From NCBI GenBank assembly GCA_964016885.1, contig CAXHJY010000322.1, positions 62,001 through 126,000 of the forward strand: a DNA stretch of 64,000 bases, in the 5' to 3' direction. Below, in pieces: positions 14,062-29,089 of this stretch. A program made the translations under genes and the position numbers. This DNA comes from Eledone cirrhosa (lineage: Eukaryota). Position 1 is the stretch's first letter; each line of letters starts with the position of its first letter. The notes beneath the pieces are model-generated. The model saw nothing but the letters and a program-made list of their open reading frames with translations. It was not told the origin of the DNA and searched no databases.

Positions 14062-15193
14062 GTAAGTTGTTCTCTTGTTCATGTAACGAAGGTGTGTAGT
14101 TTAGTTAACACAGAAAAGGACTTCCAAATGTGTTAACCCCATAACTGGAATTTATTTTATAAACTGGATATGATTTGTAAATCTAATAAACCAGTAAAAC
14201 GTAGAACAATAGTAGAGCTTACCCTTCTCTATGGTTCTGAGACTTGGACCTTGCACTCCCTTGTCTACAGATGTTTAGATAGATGTTACATTAACCTTCT
14301 GAGAAAGGTTGAAAATATTCCTTGGTAGACCCATCCCACGCTTAACCAGATATATGGCAAGATCCCAAAAGTCAGTGCATGACTGACTGAATGTTGTACA
14401 AGGTTTACTGGTTACTGTTTCCACACTAAAGATGAGATTATTTAAGACTTCTTGTGGGAGATCTCGAGGTTTGCTGGTCACTGTCTCTGTGTAAAAGATG
14501 AGATGGTTTCAGATTGTTGTTGTGGAAGATCCCCTCTACCAGAAAGCTCAGATACCAGGATACCATAACAAGTGACACTGGAATTGACAAAGAAGACTTA
14601 CAGACCTTGATGTGAAACAGAGACTGTTGGCATCAAGTTGTGCTGTCTCTCTCAAGGGAGTTGGATTAGATAAGATAGCGAATAGGGTTTTGGATTCACC
14701 ATCATGAGTCCATAGGTTCAGTTTCAGGTTTGGATGGTATGTTGTGTTCTTGAACAAGATACTTTATTTCAAGTTGTTCTTTCTACCAGGAATTGTGACT
14801 GACAGATAGTATCAGTAATGGAAAGACTAAGGGAAGCATAGTTTCATTGGTCTGATTTGACAATCCTTCCCGCTCCGTTTTGGAGAAGTAATACTGCAAG
14901 CTAACCCCCCCAGTAATAATGCTGGAAGATCCCAGAAACCTTTTTTAGAATGTTTACTGATTGTTGTATTTACTTTTCTAAAATGTCTTACTAACGAGGT
15001 TTCACGTGGTACAGGACTTTAATGATTATGTATATGTGTGTATAAATGTATATATATATATGTGTGTGTGTGTGTTTGTATATATATATATATATATAAT
15101 GTATGCACACTTGTTTGTATGTGTATGCTTGTGTATGTAGTTTTAAAGCATTGAAAATATTTAAAATTGTATATTATTTTACTTGTCCGACAG

Positions 15194-15274
15194 GTTTGGT
15201 ACTTCAGGCGTATTGCTGTCCCTTGTCACCTTACAGGACTTGTCTTAAAGTCTAAATTGCTGAAATCACTTGAG
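15194..15274 (+). CDS. DENND4: DENND4 exon (81 nt)
   Basis: ccgacag / gtttgt. VWYFRRIAVPCHLTGLVLKSKLLKSLE (cf. VWYFRRLDLPSNLPGLIL). Phase 0-0. Not in the ORF track. Confidence 0.9.
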
Positions 15275-16600
15275 GTTTGTTTATAAAAGCAGTTTACTTT
15301 ATAGCTGAGAGAAAACTGGGTACAAGGGGGGCCAGATGTATTGATTTGTTCATACAATATTTTGCAAAAGATCTTGCAGGAAAGGAAAAAAGTAAAACCC
15401 TGAGAAAATGATAATATAGGGGAGGTAACTCGTGTAAAAACATTTTCTTTTGTAAAGGACTGAGGAAAAAGTAAAAAATGTTGAAAGTCTGCCTATACAC
15501 ATATGTGTATATTAATATATAAATCTATATAGCAATTCATATATATTTACACGTGCTTGTGCTGACAGACTGTGTACCCATCTATATGTTTACTAGATAT
15601 AAATATAAAAAGTGTATCAACATAGATGATTAGGTAAGAATCAGTTTGAGAACTAGAGAATATCATTCATATGTAAAGTTTGTCAGAGTTGATGTTAGTA
15701 TAAGTGTTAGACCTATCTTTGGTAAGAAGTGGCTTTACAGCATTGGGTTTAAAATCATCTAAAGAATACAACTCCAAAAGACCTTTTCAGGAACTGCTTA
15801 CATTAAAAAAATATTTACTCTCTTCCTGGAAACACTTACCTGCACAGCTAAACAGACAAAACCCTGTAACATATCCCAAGTTTTCAATTCCTCATACCAT
15901 TTCTTACATTTTCACCCATGAATTTTCTCAACTTTATGCACCCCTACTTACCATTGACAGTTTTAACACTATTATACTAATATCAACATTCTAAAACTAA
16001 ACATACCAACTTTATATCTTCGTGTTGCTTTTCTCATCTTATTTCCTTCTCCACCATTCCACCCAACATAACTGTCACCTAATCTCCTTCTTTTATGTTG
16101 ATATCCTTCATATATTTCATCATCATCATTTATATAAAGTAATTGTGTAGATGTTCACACACGATCTCAACTGAGATTTACAAAGAGATAAATGTTTGTC
16201 AGCATGAGTATAAGTGCATAATGTGAATGGCAGTGTGTGTGTATGTATATATATATATATGTATATATTTATATATATATATGTATATATTTATATATAT
16301 ATATGTATATATTTATATATATATGAAGTAGACAGACTAACTTCGAATATTTTTCTTTTTTCCCCACTTAAAATGTTCACACCAGAGTTACCTTCCCTAT
16401 ATCATTTCTCATCCTTCCCCACGAGACATTTTGTAAAGTCCCATTCGTTATTTGCTTACTCCCGTCCCCCACCATTTGTTAATTCTTCAGGACCCCCCCC
16501 CCCCTATTATTTGGGCCCCGAGAGTCAACTGAGCTAAAGATCAACCTGCAGTTATTCAATATTTGTCATGAAAGCTGTTTTATTGTTTCTATATCTACAG

Positions 16601-16724
16601 CTTGACGACCATATCAACAATGGTGTGAAACTAAACAGCAGGAATGTGAGTGTCCGTACCATGTGGGACAATGTGAAGCTAAATGATGATATAGGTTTAC
16701 CAATGTACATGGCATGGAGAGCAG
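16601..16724 (+). CDS. DENND4: DENND4 exon
   Basis: atatctacag / gtacac. LDDHINNGVKLNSRNVSVRTMWDNVKLNDDIGLPMYMAWRA (cf. MLWDNMKLH..G.PLY..W). Phase 0 to 1. Confidence 0.88.
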
Positions 16725-17760
16725 GTACACATATTTCAAACATAATACATACTTTCTATTATATGGCTAAGTAGTGGTTAAGGTGTTGGACTCATCATCC
16801 TAAGGTTATAGGTTTAATTTCAAGATTGGATGGTATGCTGTTTTCTTGAGCATGTCACTACCTTTCATGCTGCCTTTCCTGATAGGGTTTTGGCTTGGTT
16901 TCTACAGTTGGATGTCCTTCCTAACACCAACCATATTACAGTGTTGCTGAAATACTTGACTATGATTCACTCTGAATTACACAAATATTGCTTCAAAACC
17001 CATTATTTTGATTCTGTAGTTCTATTTTCTACCAATGATTGAATGTAAAGTTAAGTAAACTTTTAATAAAATCACTGGACAGGGTTTATGGGCAAAACCA
17101 ACAAGCAGGAGATCCAGGGGTAGACCCCTGATCAAGATGGCTGGATAATATCCATGAGCTTGGCTGGGCTTCCTTGGGGATCCAGCGAGATCAGTTGGAG
17201 ATGGTTGCTTCTGGCAGGACCTGTTGGAAGGAGTATTTAAGGAGTGCCCCTGTGAGCCTCTCAGGAATAAGAGGGGGAAGAAGAAGAAGAAGAAGAAGAA
17301 GAAGAAGAAGAAATAAAATCTTACAACTAGTTTATAAATACATAACATTGAGAAGAGCAAAGAATTGGAATGTTTAAACAGGTGTACCAAACAAAAATAC
17401 AGGTTTGCTGTTCTACAATAGTGTAAGACCTTTGCTTCCTGTAAATTTATTGTAGTAATAGGAGAAATAATTATTACTTAAACCCTTTAGTTACCAACCC
17501 AGTCAAAACAGGCTCTGGTTCTATGAAATAAACCCACCCATTTTATAAGTTTCCTATTTAAAAAGAACCTTACATTAAGTTATCTTAGTAATGAAATAAT
17601 TAATAATTTGAGTAAATCACTCAAAATTCTTCATTAATTAATTGAAATAGTATTTCATTAGTGATGTGGTCATGAAAGAGTTAGATTTTAATTTACATTA
17701 GAATTAGAAAAATGGTATTTCCAATACATGAACTATATTCTATGTCTCATCTCTTTACAG

Positions 17761-17818
17761 GTCGTGCGTCTACCATAGTTGATGCTCTAGTGACGGAATC
17801 TCAGACATACTCAAGGCC
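17761..17818 (+). CDS. DENND4: DENND4 exon (58 nt)
   Basis: ctctttacag / gtatgt. GRASTIVDALVTESQTYSRP. Phase 1 to 2 bridges the flanking exons exactly. Confidence 0.8.
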
Positions 17819-17889
17819 GTATGTTATCTTTATATTCTTATCTCTCATTTCATACCATCTTTTATTAACTTACTTAAATATTTCTAAAC

Positions 17890-18845
17890 ATCATTGTTTT
17901 ATGTCCTCTATTCCATACTTGCATGGGTTGTACGGGTCTTTGCCAGCACAGCATCCCTACATGTTGCAGTCCTTTATGAACTTTAACTATTTGAGGTCAG
18001 CTCTCACAACCTTTGCCCAGGTCTTTCTTGGTCTCCCTTTACTGTAGCTTCCTTCCACTGGGATTTTTTGGTACTTGTCCACCCAATGATCATTGTCTGA
18101 TGCATTACATGACCATACTAGTACTGTCTTCTCTCCTGTACACTGATTCCTCTTATATCCAGCAGTTTTCCTCTCAGCTCATCCATACTTTGTCATTATG
18201 CTCATTAGCATTGTATATCCATTGGAGTATGCACGATTCATTCCTCTCTAGCCTTCACATATTCTCAGCATTCCCTGCCTATGTCTCACTGCCATGCAGC
18301 ATCACACATACAGTCAGCCATTAGTTTCATCATCATCATCATACGTCCGCTTTTCCCTGCTTGCAAGGGTGGGACGGGTCCTATTCAGCACAGCATCTCT
18401 CCACTTGTCATGGTCCTTCGTCATCTCCTTCATGAGCTTCAGCGATCTGAGGTCTGCTCTAACCACCAGCACCCATGTTTTTCCTGGTCTTCCTCTACTG
18501 CGTCTTCCTTTTACTGGGATTTCTTGTAGAAAGAAACCTTCTGTCGTCAACAGAGGGACTAGCTCCCTGAATGTTTTCCATCCTGTCCTTATTCTTGCTA
18601 CTGTGCTTTCAAAGCAACCTCTTCTAATGTTAATTAGATCATCTCAGTAGTAGAAGCTATTAACCACTTCTATGAATTCTTCCTGGGATAGAAAACAGTT
18701 TATTTCACTAATGTTCATTTCACCAGCTATCCCTGTACATCTGCTAAATACAAAGTCCCCCTTTTTCTGTTGTCTGCTTCCTATCCCACTACATCTGTTG
18801 TATACATTGTATAGAATTTCTACTCCTTTTCTACATATTGTAATG
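17890..18845 (-). mobile_element. Degraded RTE-type LINE fragments
   Basis: Minus-strand peptides GRRSRGRPGKTW...ADL and CRKGV...RCSGI...IEVVNSFYY, plus a (GAT)n tail, resemble the RTE at 42583-43506. Confidence 0.7.
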
Positions 18846-18865
18846 CACCTGAGCACTGTACACAA

Positions 18866-19325
18866 TCTATATATTAATATGCTAATACCTACGTACCGTA
18901 TATCCGACCGTGTGTGTCACACTTTCAGTAAAACAATGGAAGGGGGGTGGTAAACAATCTACGAAAATCTACGGCGAAAGAAAATCAAAGAGCGTTGCAA
19001 CGTTTGGAAAGGAGAGAGAGGGGTTATAATATATTGAGAGAGAGGGGGGTTATAATATAGAGAAAGGGATGGGTTATTATATATATAGAGAGAAGGGGGT
19101 TATAATATATAGAAAGGGATGGGTTATTATATATATAGAGAGAAGGGGGTTATAATATATAGAAAGGTGGTTATAATATAGAGAAAGGAGGGTTAAAATA
19201 TATATAGAGAGAGGGGGTTAAATATATATATATATAGAGAGGGGTGTTATAATATATAGAGAGGGTGGTTTTAATATATTTAGAGAGAGGGGATTATCCG
19301 TGAATTTTTTCACAGGTCCAGCTAG
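18866..19325 (+). mobile_element. Non-autonomous Helitron-like element
   Basis: Starts A|TCTATATATT and ends with a subterminal hairpin (gtgaa-tttt-ttcac) then CTAG|T. No TSD. Internal degenerate gagagggggttataatata repeats. Confidence 0.65.
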
Positions 19326-19925
19326 TTTCCATTATTATATCAAGTGAGACCGCTTCCCTGATGGCATCAGGGGTCTGTCTGTCTTTTGTACTTATTAAAA
19401 GTTAAGTTTTTCTTAACTTCACTCTAAAGTTCTGGTTGCGCCTTTTATTTTTGGACAGGGCAGCAGTGTTTGAGTTAATTGCTTCATTTAACATTGCTTT
19501 GCCAAGAGACCTCATATGAGATGCAACATTGTAGGGGGCCAGCTAACCTACATAAAGTGTGAGCTGTAAATGTATTTTATCTTCAGTAACGGATCTCTTT
19601 CTTTTGTACTAACATTGTTTTTTTTGTTTTTTTTAACCCTTTTTTGATATTGTAAAGACCCCTGTTTCAGTATACTTTGTAATGTGGTAGTGATGCCAAG
19701 AAACAACACACCTAGTACACCCTGTACGGTGGTTGATATTAGGAAGGGCATCCAGCTGTAGGAACCATACCAAATATGGATGGAATGTATGAGCAAGTTG
19801 AGGTCGCTCTGACCCGCCTGGTTGGACCATGATAAACCTGTCCAACCCATGCCAGCATGGAAACCAGACATAAAATGGTGTCTAAATAAATCTGTTTTAT
19901 TAATGCTGTATTCCTTTTGCTTCAG

Positions 19926-20098
19926 ATTGATGCAACAAATTATAAGCAACATTCAGGTAGTTAATGACATGCTTACACCAATCAAACTGTTATCAGATGC
20001 TCGACGGAGAAAGTCTCGAAAGGGTTACAGGAGAAGCTTCTACCGAGAAATATTGTTTTTATCATTTGTGGCTTGTGGCAAAAACATTATTGATTTGG
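19926..20098 (+). CDS. DENND4: DENND4 exon
   Basis: ttttgcttcag / gtgaga. LMQQIISNIQVVNDMLTPIK...RRSFYREILFLSFVACGKNIIDL (cf. RSLYREILFLSLVALGRENID). Confidence 0.92.
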
Positions 20099-20111
20099 GT
20101 GAGACAAGTTC

Positions 20112-23100
20112 TATAATACTACAATATCACATCTGTAATACTACAGTATCACATCTGTAATACTACAATATCATATCTGTAATACTACAGTATCACACCT
20201 TTTATACTACAATATCACATCTGCTATACTACAATATCACATCTGTAATACTACATATATCACGTCTGTAATACTAAAATATCACATCTGTAATACTACA
20301 GTACCACATTTGTTATCCTACATTATCACATCTGTAATACTACAATATCACATCTGTAATATTACAATATCACATCTGTAATACTACAATATCACATCTG
20401 TAATACTATAATATTACATCTGTAATACTACAATATCACATCTGTAATACTACAATATCACATCTGTTATACTACGATATCACATCTGTAATACTACAAT
20501 ATCATATCTGTAATACTACAGTATCACATTTGTTATACTACAATATCACATTTGTTATACTACAATATCACATTTGTTATACTACAATATCACATCTGTA
20601 ATACTACAATATCACATCTGTAATACTACAATACCACATCTGTAATACTACAATACCACATCTGTTATACTACAATACTACATCTGTTATACTACAATAC
20701 TACATCTGTTATACTACAATACTAAATCTGTTATACTATATCTGTTATACTACAATACCACATCTGTTATACTACAGTATCATCTGTAATACTACAGTAT
20801 CACATCTGTAATACTACAATACCACATCTGTAATACTACAATATCACATATGTAATACTACAGTATCACATCTGTAATACTAAAATATCACATCTGTAAT
20901 ACTACAATATATCTGTAATACTACAGTATCACACCTGTTATACTACATATATCACGTCTGTAATACTAAAATATCACATCTGTAATACTACAGTACCACA
21001 TTTGTTATCCTACATTATCACATCTGTAATACTACAATATCACATCTGTAATATTACAATATCACATCTGTAATACTACCATATCACATCTGTAATACTA
21101 TAATATCACATCTGTAATACTACAATATTACATCTCTAATACTACAGTATCTGTAATACTACAATATCACATCTGTAATACTACAATATCGCATCTGTTA
21201 TACTACGATATCACATCTGTTATACTACGATATCACATCTGTAATACTACAGTATCACATTTGTTATACTACAATATCACATCTGTAATACTACAATATC
21301 ACATCTGTAATACTACAATACCACATCTGTTATACTACAATACCACATCTGTTATACTACAATACTACATCTGTTATACTACAATACTACATCTGTTATA
21401 CTACAATACCACATCTGTTATACTACAATACCACATCTATTATACTACAGTATCATCTGTAATACTACAGTATCACATCTGTAATACTACAATACCACAT
21501 CTGTAATACTACAATATCACATCTGTAATACTACAGTATCACATCTGTAATACTACAATATCACATCTGTAATACTACAATATCACATCTGTAATTCTAC
21601 AATATCACATCTGTAATACTACAATACCACATCTGTAATACTACAATACTACATCTTTTATACTACGATACCACATCTGTTATACTACAGTATCACATCT
21701 CTAATACTACAATACCACATCTGTTATACTACAATACTACCTCTGTTATACTACAATACTACCTCTTTTATACTACAATACTACATCTGTAATACTAAAA
21801 CACCACATCTGTAATACTACAATACCACATCTGTTATACTACAATATCACATCTGTTATACTACAGTATCATCTGTAATACTACAATACCACATCTGTTA
21901 TACTACAATACTACATCTGTTATACTACAATACTACATCTGTTATACTACAATACCACATCTGTAATACTACAATACCACAGCTGTTATACTACAATACC
22001 ACATCTGTTATACTACAATATCACATCTGTTATACTACAGTATCAGATCTGTAATACTACAGTATCACATCTGTAATACTACAATACCACATCTGTAATA
22101 CTACAATATCACATCTGTAATACTACAGTATCACATCTGTAATACTACAATACCACATCTATAATACTACAATATCACATCTGTAATACTACAATATCAC
22201 ATCTGTTATACTACTATATCACATCTGTAATACTACAGTATCTTCTGTAATACTACAGTATGACATCTGTCATACTACAATATCACATCTGTAATACTAC
22301 AGTATCTTCCATAATACTACAGTACCACATCTGTTATACTACAATACCACATCTCTTATACTACAATATCACATCTGTAATACTACAATATCACATCTGT
22401 AATACTACAGTATCACATCTGTAATACTACAGTATCACATCTGTAATACTACAATACCACATCTGTTATACTGCAATACCACATCTGTTATACTATATCA
22501 CATCTGTAATACTACAATACCACATCTGTAATACTAAAATGCCGCATCTGTAATACTACAATACCACATCTGTTATACTACAATATCACATCTGTAATAC
22601 TACAGTATCACATCTGTAATACTACAGTATCACATCTGTAATACTACAATACCACATCTGTTATACTACAATACCACATCTGTAATACTACAATACCACA
22701 TCTGTTATACTACAATACCACATCTGTAATACAATATCATATCTGTAATACTACAATACCACATCTGTTATACTACAATACCACATCTGTAATACTACAA
22801 TATCACATCTGTTATACTACAATATCACATCTGTAATACTACAATACCACATCTGTAATACTAAAATGCCACATCTGTAATACTACAATACCACATCTGT
22901 TATACTACAATATCACATCTGTAATACTACAATACCACATCTGTTATACTACAATACCACATCTGTTATACTACAATACCACATCTGTTATACTACAATA
23001 CCACATCTGTTATACTACAATACCACATCTGTTATACTACAATACCACATCTGTTATACTACAATACTACATCTGTAATACTACAATACCACATCTGTTA

Positions 23101-25855
23101 TACTACAATATCACATCTGTAATACTACAGTATCACATCTGTAGTACTACAATACCACATCTGTAATACTACAATACCACATCTGTTATACTACAATATC
23201 ACATCTGTAATACTACAGTATCTTCTGTAATACTACAATACCACATTTGTAATACTACAATACCACATTTGTAATACTACAATACCACATCTGTAATACT
23301 ACAATACCACATCTGTAATACTACAATACCACATCTGTTATACTACAATATCACATCTGTAATACTACAGTATCTTCTGTAATACTACAGTATCACATCT
23401 GTAATACTACAATACCACATCTGTAATACTACAATACCACATCTGTTATACTACAATATCACATCTGTAATACTACAGTATCTTCTGTAATACTACAATA
23501 CCACATCTGTAATACTACAATACCACATCTGTAATACTACAATACCACATCTGTTATACTACAATACCACATCTGTTATACTACAATACCACATCTGTAA
23601 TACTACAATACCACATCTGTAATACTACAATACCACATCTGTTATACTACAATACCGCATCTGTTATACTACAATACCACATCTGTAATACTACAATACC
23701 ACATCTGTTATACTACAATATCACATCTGTAATACTACAGTATATTCTGTAATACTACAATACCACATCTGTTATACTACAATATCACATCTGTAATACT
23801 ACAGTATCACGTCTGTAATATTACAGTATCTTCTGTAATACTACAGTATCACATCTGTAATACTACAATACCACATCTGTTATACTACAATATCACATCT
23901 GTAGTACTACAATACCACATCTGTAATACTACAATACCACATCTGTTATACTACAATATCACATCTGTAATACTACAGTATCTTCTGTAATACTACAATA
24001 CCACATCTTTTATACTACAATACCACATCTGTTATACTACAATACCACATCTGTAATACTACAATACCACATCTGTAATACTACAATACCACATCTGTTA
24101 TACTACAATACCACATTTGTAATACTACAATACCACATTTGTAATACTACAATACCACATCTGTAATACTACAATACCACATCTGTAATACTACAATACC
24201 ACATCTGTTATACTACAATATCACATCTGTAATACTACAGTATCTTCTGTAATACTACAGTACCACATCTGTAATACTACAATACCACATCTGTAATACC
24301 AATACCACATCTGTAATACTACAATACCACATCTGTTATACTACAATATCACATCTGTAATACTACAGTATCTTCTGTAATACTACAATACCACATCTGT
24401 AATACTACAATACCACATCTGTAATACTACAATACCACATCTGTTATACTACAATACCACATCTGTTATACTACAATACCACATCTGTAATACTACAATA
24501 CCACATCTGTAATACTACAATACCACATCTGTTATACTACAATACCACATCTGTTATACTACAATACCACATCTGTAATACTACAATACCACATCTGTTA
24601 TACTACAATATCACATCTGTAATACTACAGTATCTTCTGTAATACTACAATATCACATCTGTAATACTACAGTATCACGTCTGTAATATTACAGTATCTT
24701 CTGTAATACTACAGTATCACATCTGTAATACTACAATATCACATCTGTAATACTACAGTATCACATCTGTAGTACTACAATACCACATCTGTAATACTAC
24801 AATACCACATCTGTTATACTACAATATCACATCTGTAATACTACATTATCTTCTGTAATACTACAATACCACATCTTTTATACTACAATACCACATCTGT
24901 TATACTACAATACCACATCTGTAATACTACAATACCACATCTGTTATACTACAATACCACATTTGTAATACTACAATACCACATTTGTAATACTACAATA
25001 CCACATCTGTAATACTACAATACTACATCTGTAATACTACAATACCACATCTGTTATACTACAATATCACATCTGTAATACTACAGTATCTTCTGTAATA
25101 CTACAGTATCACATCTGTAATACTACAATACCACATCTGTAATACCAATACCACATCTGTAATACTACAATACCACATCTGTTATACTACAATATCACAT
25201 CTGTAATACTACAATACCACATCTGTAATACTACAATACCACATCTGTAATACTACAATACCACATCTGTTATACTACAATACCACATCTGTTATACTAC
25301 AATACCACATCTGTAATACTACAATACCACATCTGTTATACTACAATACCACATCTGTTATACTACAATACCACATCTGTAATACTACAATACCACATCT
25401 GTTATACTACAATATCACATCTGTAATACTACAGTATCTTCTGTAATACTACAATACCACATCTGTTATACTACAATATCACATCTGTAATACTACAGTA
25501 TCACGTCTGTAATACTACAGTATCTTCTGTAATACTACAGTATCACATCTGTAATACTACAATACCACATCTGTTATACTACAATATCACATCTGTAATA
25601 CTACAGTACTTCTGTAATACTACAATACCACATCTTTTATACTACAATACCACATCTGTTATACTACAATACCACATCTGTTATACTACAATACCACATC
25701 TGTTATACTACAATACCACATCTGTTATACTACAATACCACATCTGTTATACTACAATACCACATCTGTTATACTACAATACCACATCTTTTATACTACA
25801 ATACCACATCTGTTATACTACAATACCACATCTGTTATACTACAGTATCTTCTGT
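20112..25855. repeat. 22-bp satellite (ACATCTGT[A/T]ATACTACAATA[C/T]C), ~5.7 kb, in the last DENND4 intron
   Basis: Period 22; begins about 14 nt after the exon donor. Confidence 0.95.
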
Positions 25856-25864
25856 AATGGTTAA

Positions 25865-26150
25865 TATCATCATCATTGTCATCATCTATATTCTCCTAAC
25901 CATGAACATCATCATCATCATCTCACCTCCACCACTATCTTCACCATCACCACCATCACCATCATCACAACCACCACACCATCATCATCATCATCATCAT
26001 CATCCATATTCCCATCATCACCATCACCACCACCATCATCACCACCACCATCACCATCATCACCATCACCACCATCATCACCATCACCATCACCACCATC
26101 ATCACCATCACCACCATCATCACCATCACCACCATCATCACCATCACCTT
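25865..26150. repeat. (CAT/CAC)n trinucleotide repeat
   Basis: Direct; explains the poly-His ORF. Confidence 0.9.
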
Positions 26151-26800
26151 CATTCTCCAGCCACAGCTTGAAAAATATTCTACCATGCTTTTTTATTCAA
26201 CTCTACCCTACCAGTTTGCATGATTATAGTAAATTAATTATTCTTTTAATCAGAACCATAATAATAGCTGGAGATTTAACCCTGCGATGGACTGGTGTCC
26301 TATCCAGGTGGGAGTCTTGTACTCTGTTTGTTCCGGCCATGAAACTGGAATAATCCTTATGAGACTTCAGACTAAGACTCCTTACCATACAATTTCAGCC
26401 ATGTAGGTGCCAAATTGTAACCTATAATTTTGAACCTACATCCATATATATACCTTTGTTTTTATGTATTAATCTTTTTGATATTAAACCACTCCTGGTT
26501 TATCATACAAAGACGCCATTTCAAGTCTTTCCTATTTAAATTTATACCCTTCATCATAATTTCCTGTGAAATCCTTCCTTAAGTTATGTTCTCAACTTCA
26601 GCTTAATGAGATAGTTGTTCTACTAAATTCTTCCAAATTCTTGATTATTTTGGAAATTATTTGAAAATCATGAGAAATATCTTAAGGAAACGTTTAAAAT
26701 ATTTTGATACCTATAATGGCAGTGCCCCAGCATGGTCCCAGCCTGTGGGACATGTAATAGAAATAATATAATACAATTGTTCCTATTTTCTCGTTTGCAG

Positions 26801-26937
26801 AGGTGTTTGATCGTGCGTATGATGCTGCATTCAGCAAGTTATCAAAAGCAGAGAGAAGCAGAATGCAGTTGGATGATGAACCGTTACCTATTGCAGTAAG
26901 ATATTGTCGGGCTGTCTTTGAAGAGTTAGAGGTATAA
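26801..26937 (+). CDS. DENND4: DENND4 terminal coding exon with stop
   Basis: tcgtttgcag acceptor. (E)VFDRAYDAAFSKLSKAERSRMQLDDEPLPIAVRYCRAVFEELEV then TAA (cf. AFDKEY..AY..L...D.PP......CR..F). Not in the ORF track. Confidence 0.9.
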
Positions 26938-27009
26938 GCTATGTTGAGTGTCTCACCTTCAACATCAACTGAAGAAAACAAAAAAAAATAATCCAACAGT
27001 GCTGCTTGA

Positions 27010-27460
27010 CTATTTCCAGAAATGCCAGAAAAACAAGCATATTTCCAGAAATTTCAGAAAGTGAAGCCTATTTCTAGAAATTTCAAAAATTGAAGCATAT
27101 TTCCAGAAAAATAAGTATATTTCCAGAAAAATAAGCATATTTCCAAAAATTCCAGAAAAATAAGTATATTTCTAGAAATAGAAGCCTATTTCTAGAAATT
27201 TCAGAAATAGAAATGCTATTTCCAGAAATTTCAGAAAAATAAACATTTTTTTCCAGAAATTCCAGAAATAGACGCCTATTTCCAGAAATTCTAGAATTAG
27301 AAGCATATTTCTAGAAATTTCAGAAATAGATGGTTTTTCTAGAAATTTCAGAAATAGAAATGCTATTTCCAGAAATTTCAGAAAAATAAGCCTATTTCCA
27401 GAAATCCAAGAAAAATAAGCTTATTTGCAGAATCCCAGAAATAGAAGCCTATTTCTAGAG
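27010..27460. repeat. Degenerate TTCNAGAA-rich tandem repeat just 3' of the DENND4 stop
   Basis: Many copies of tttccagaaa / tttctagaaatttcagaaa. Confidence 0.8.
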
Positions 27461-27677
27461 TGTTTACCATTGATAAACCTGTCCCTCACTACAGATTTCC
27501 TGTACAACAATTGAACAACTCTGAGATCACTGTGTGTCAAAGTCTTATGGAACCATGTTACCAATTTCAAATGATCCATACTAAAATAAAAGATAAAAGC
27601 CCAAGAAAGATGGGTTAAACCTGGCTTGTACTACAGGAACATTTAACCCCCCCCCCCCCCCCCACTTGTTTCATCAA

Positions 27678-28583
27678 TGACACTCCTACAGTCAGACATT
27701 GACACTCCTACAGTCAGACATTGACACTCCTACAGTCAGATATTGACACTCCTACAGTCAGATATTGACACTCCTACAGTCAGCCATTGACACTCCTACA
27801 GTCAGCCATTGACACTCCTACAGTCAGACATTGACACTCCTACAGTCAGACATTGACACTCCTACAGTCAGACTTTGACACTCCTACAGTCAGACATTGA
27901 CACTCCTACAGTCAGACATTGACACTCCTACAGTCAGATATTGACACTCCTACAGTCAGACATTGACACTCCTACAGTCAGCCATTGACACTCCTACAGT
28001 CAGACATTGACACTCCTACAGTCAGACTTTGACACTCCTACAGTCAGATATTGACACTCCTACAGTCAGATATTGACACTCCTACAGTCAGACATTGACA
28101 CTCCTACAGTCAGATATTGACACTCCTACAGTCAGATATTGACACTCCTACAGTCAGATATTGACACTCCTACAGTCAGACATTGACACTCCTACAGTCA
28201 GATATTGACACTCCTACAGTCAGCCATTGACACTCCTACTGTCAGATATTGACACTCCTACTGTCAGATATTGACACTCCTACAGTCAGACATTGACACT
28301 CCTACAGTCAGATATTGACACTCCTACAGTCAGACATTGACACTCCTACAGTCAGATATTGACACTCCTACAATCAGACATTGACACTCCTACAGTCAGA
28401 TATTGACACTCCTACAGTCAGACATTGACACTCCTACAGTCAGACATTGACACTCCTACAGTCAGACATTGACACTCCTACAGTCAGACATTGACACTCC
28501 TACAGTCAGACATTGACACTCCTACAGTCAGATATTGACACTCCTACAGTCAGCCATTGACACTCCTACTGTCAGATATTGAC
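27678..28583. repeat. 22-bp minisatellite (TTGACACTCCTACAGTCAGACA), ~41 copies
   Basis: Direct tandem repeat. Confidence 0.95.
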
Positions 28584-29089
28584 AAACAATAAAGATATAT
28601 AGTAATATAATGTTGATGATGATGATAGCAATTCTGGTCATATTCTGATCTAACATGGAACACATGTAGCAACAAATATAGTGGTGGTGGTGGGGTGGGT
28701 GGTAGGGTAGGGAGCTGCTGTGAGGGTAGGAGCTGTTTTTTTACTTTTATTTTTTTTATTCGTAACTTTTTTCTTTCTTTATTTTTGTTTTTTTTATTCT
28801 TCACCATTTCACAAATCTCTCTCCTTTCACTTGAATTATACTTTCTCTCTATCTTAATCTCTCTTCCACTCTCTCCCCTCTTCCACTCTCTCTTCCACTC
28901 TCTCCCCTCTTCCACTCTTCCCTCTTTCACTCTCTCCTCTCTCTCAATCTCTCTTTCCTTCATTCCCTCTCTATCCCATTCCCCCCTCCCTCTCTACCTT
29001 TCCCCAAACAATTAGTACCATCACTATAATATATACCCCACTAATATCACAATGAAACAGTGCAACAGACCCTAGTATATGATATATAT

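Noticed and set aside
25857-26186. Poly-His ORF
   Set aside because: Intronic (CAT/CAC)n repeat.
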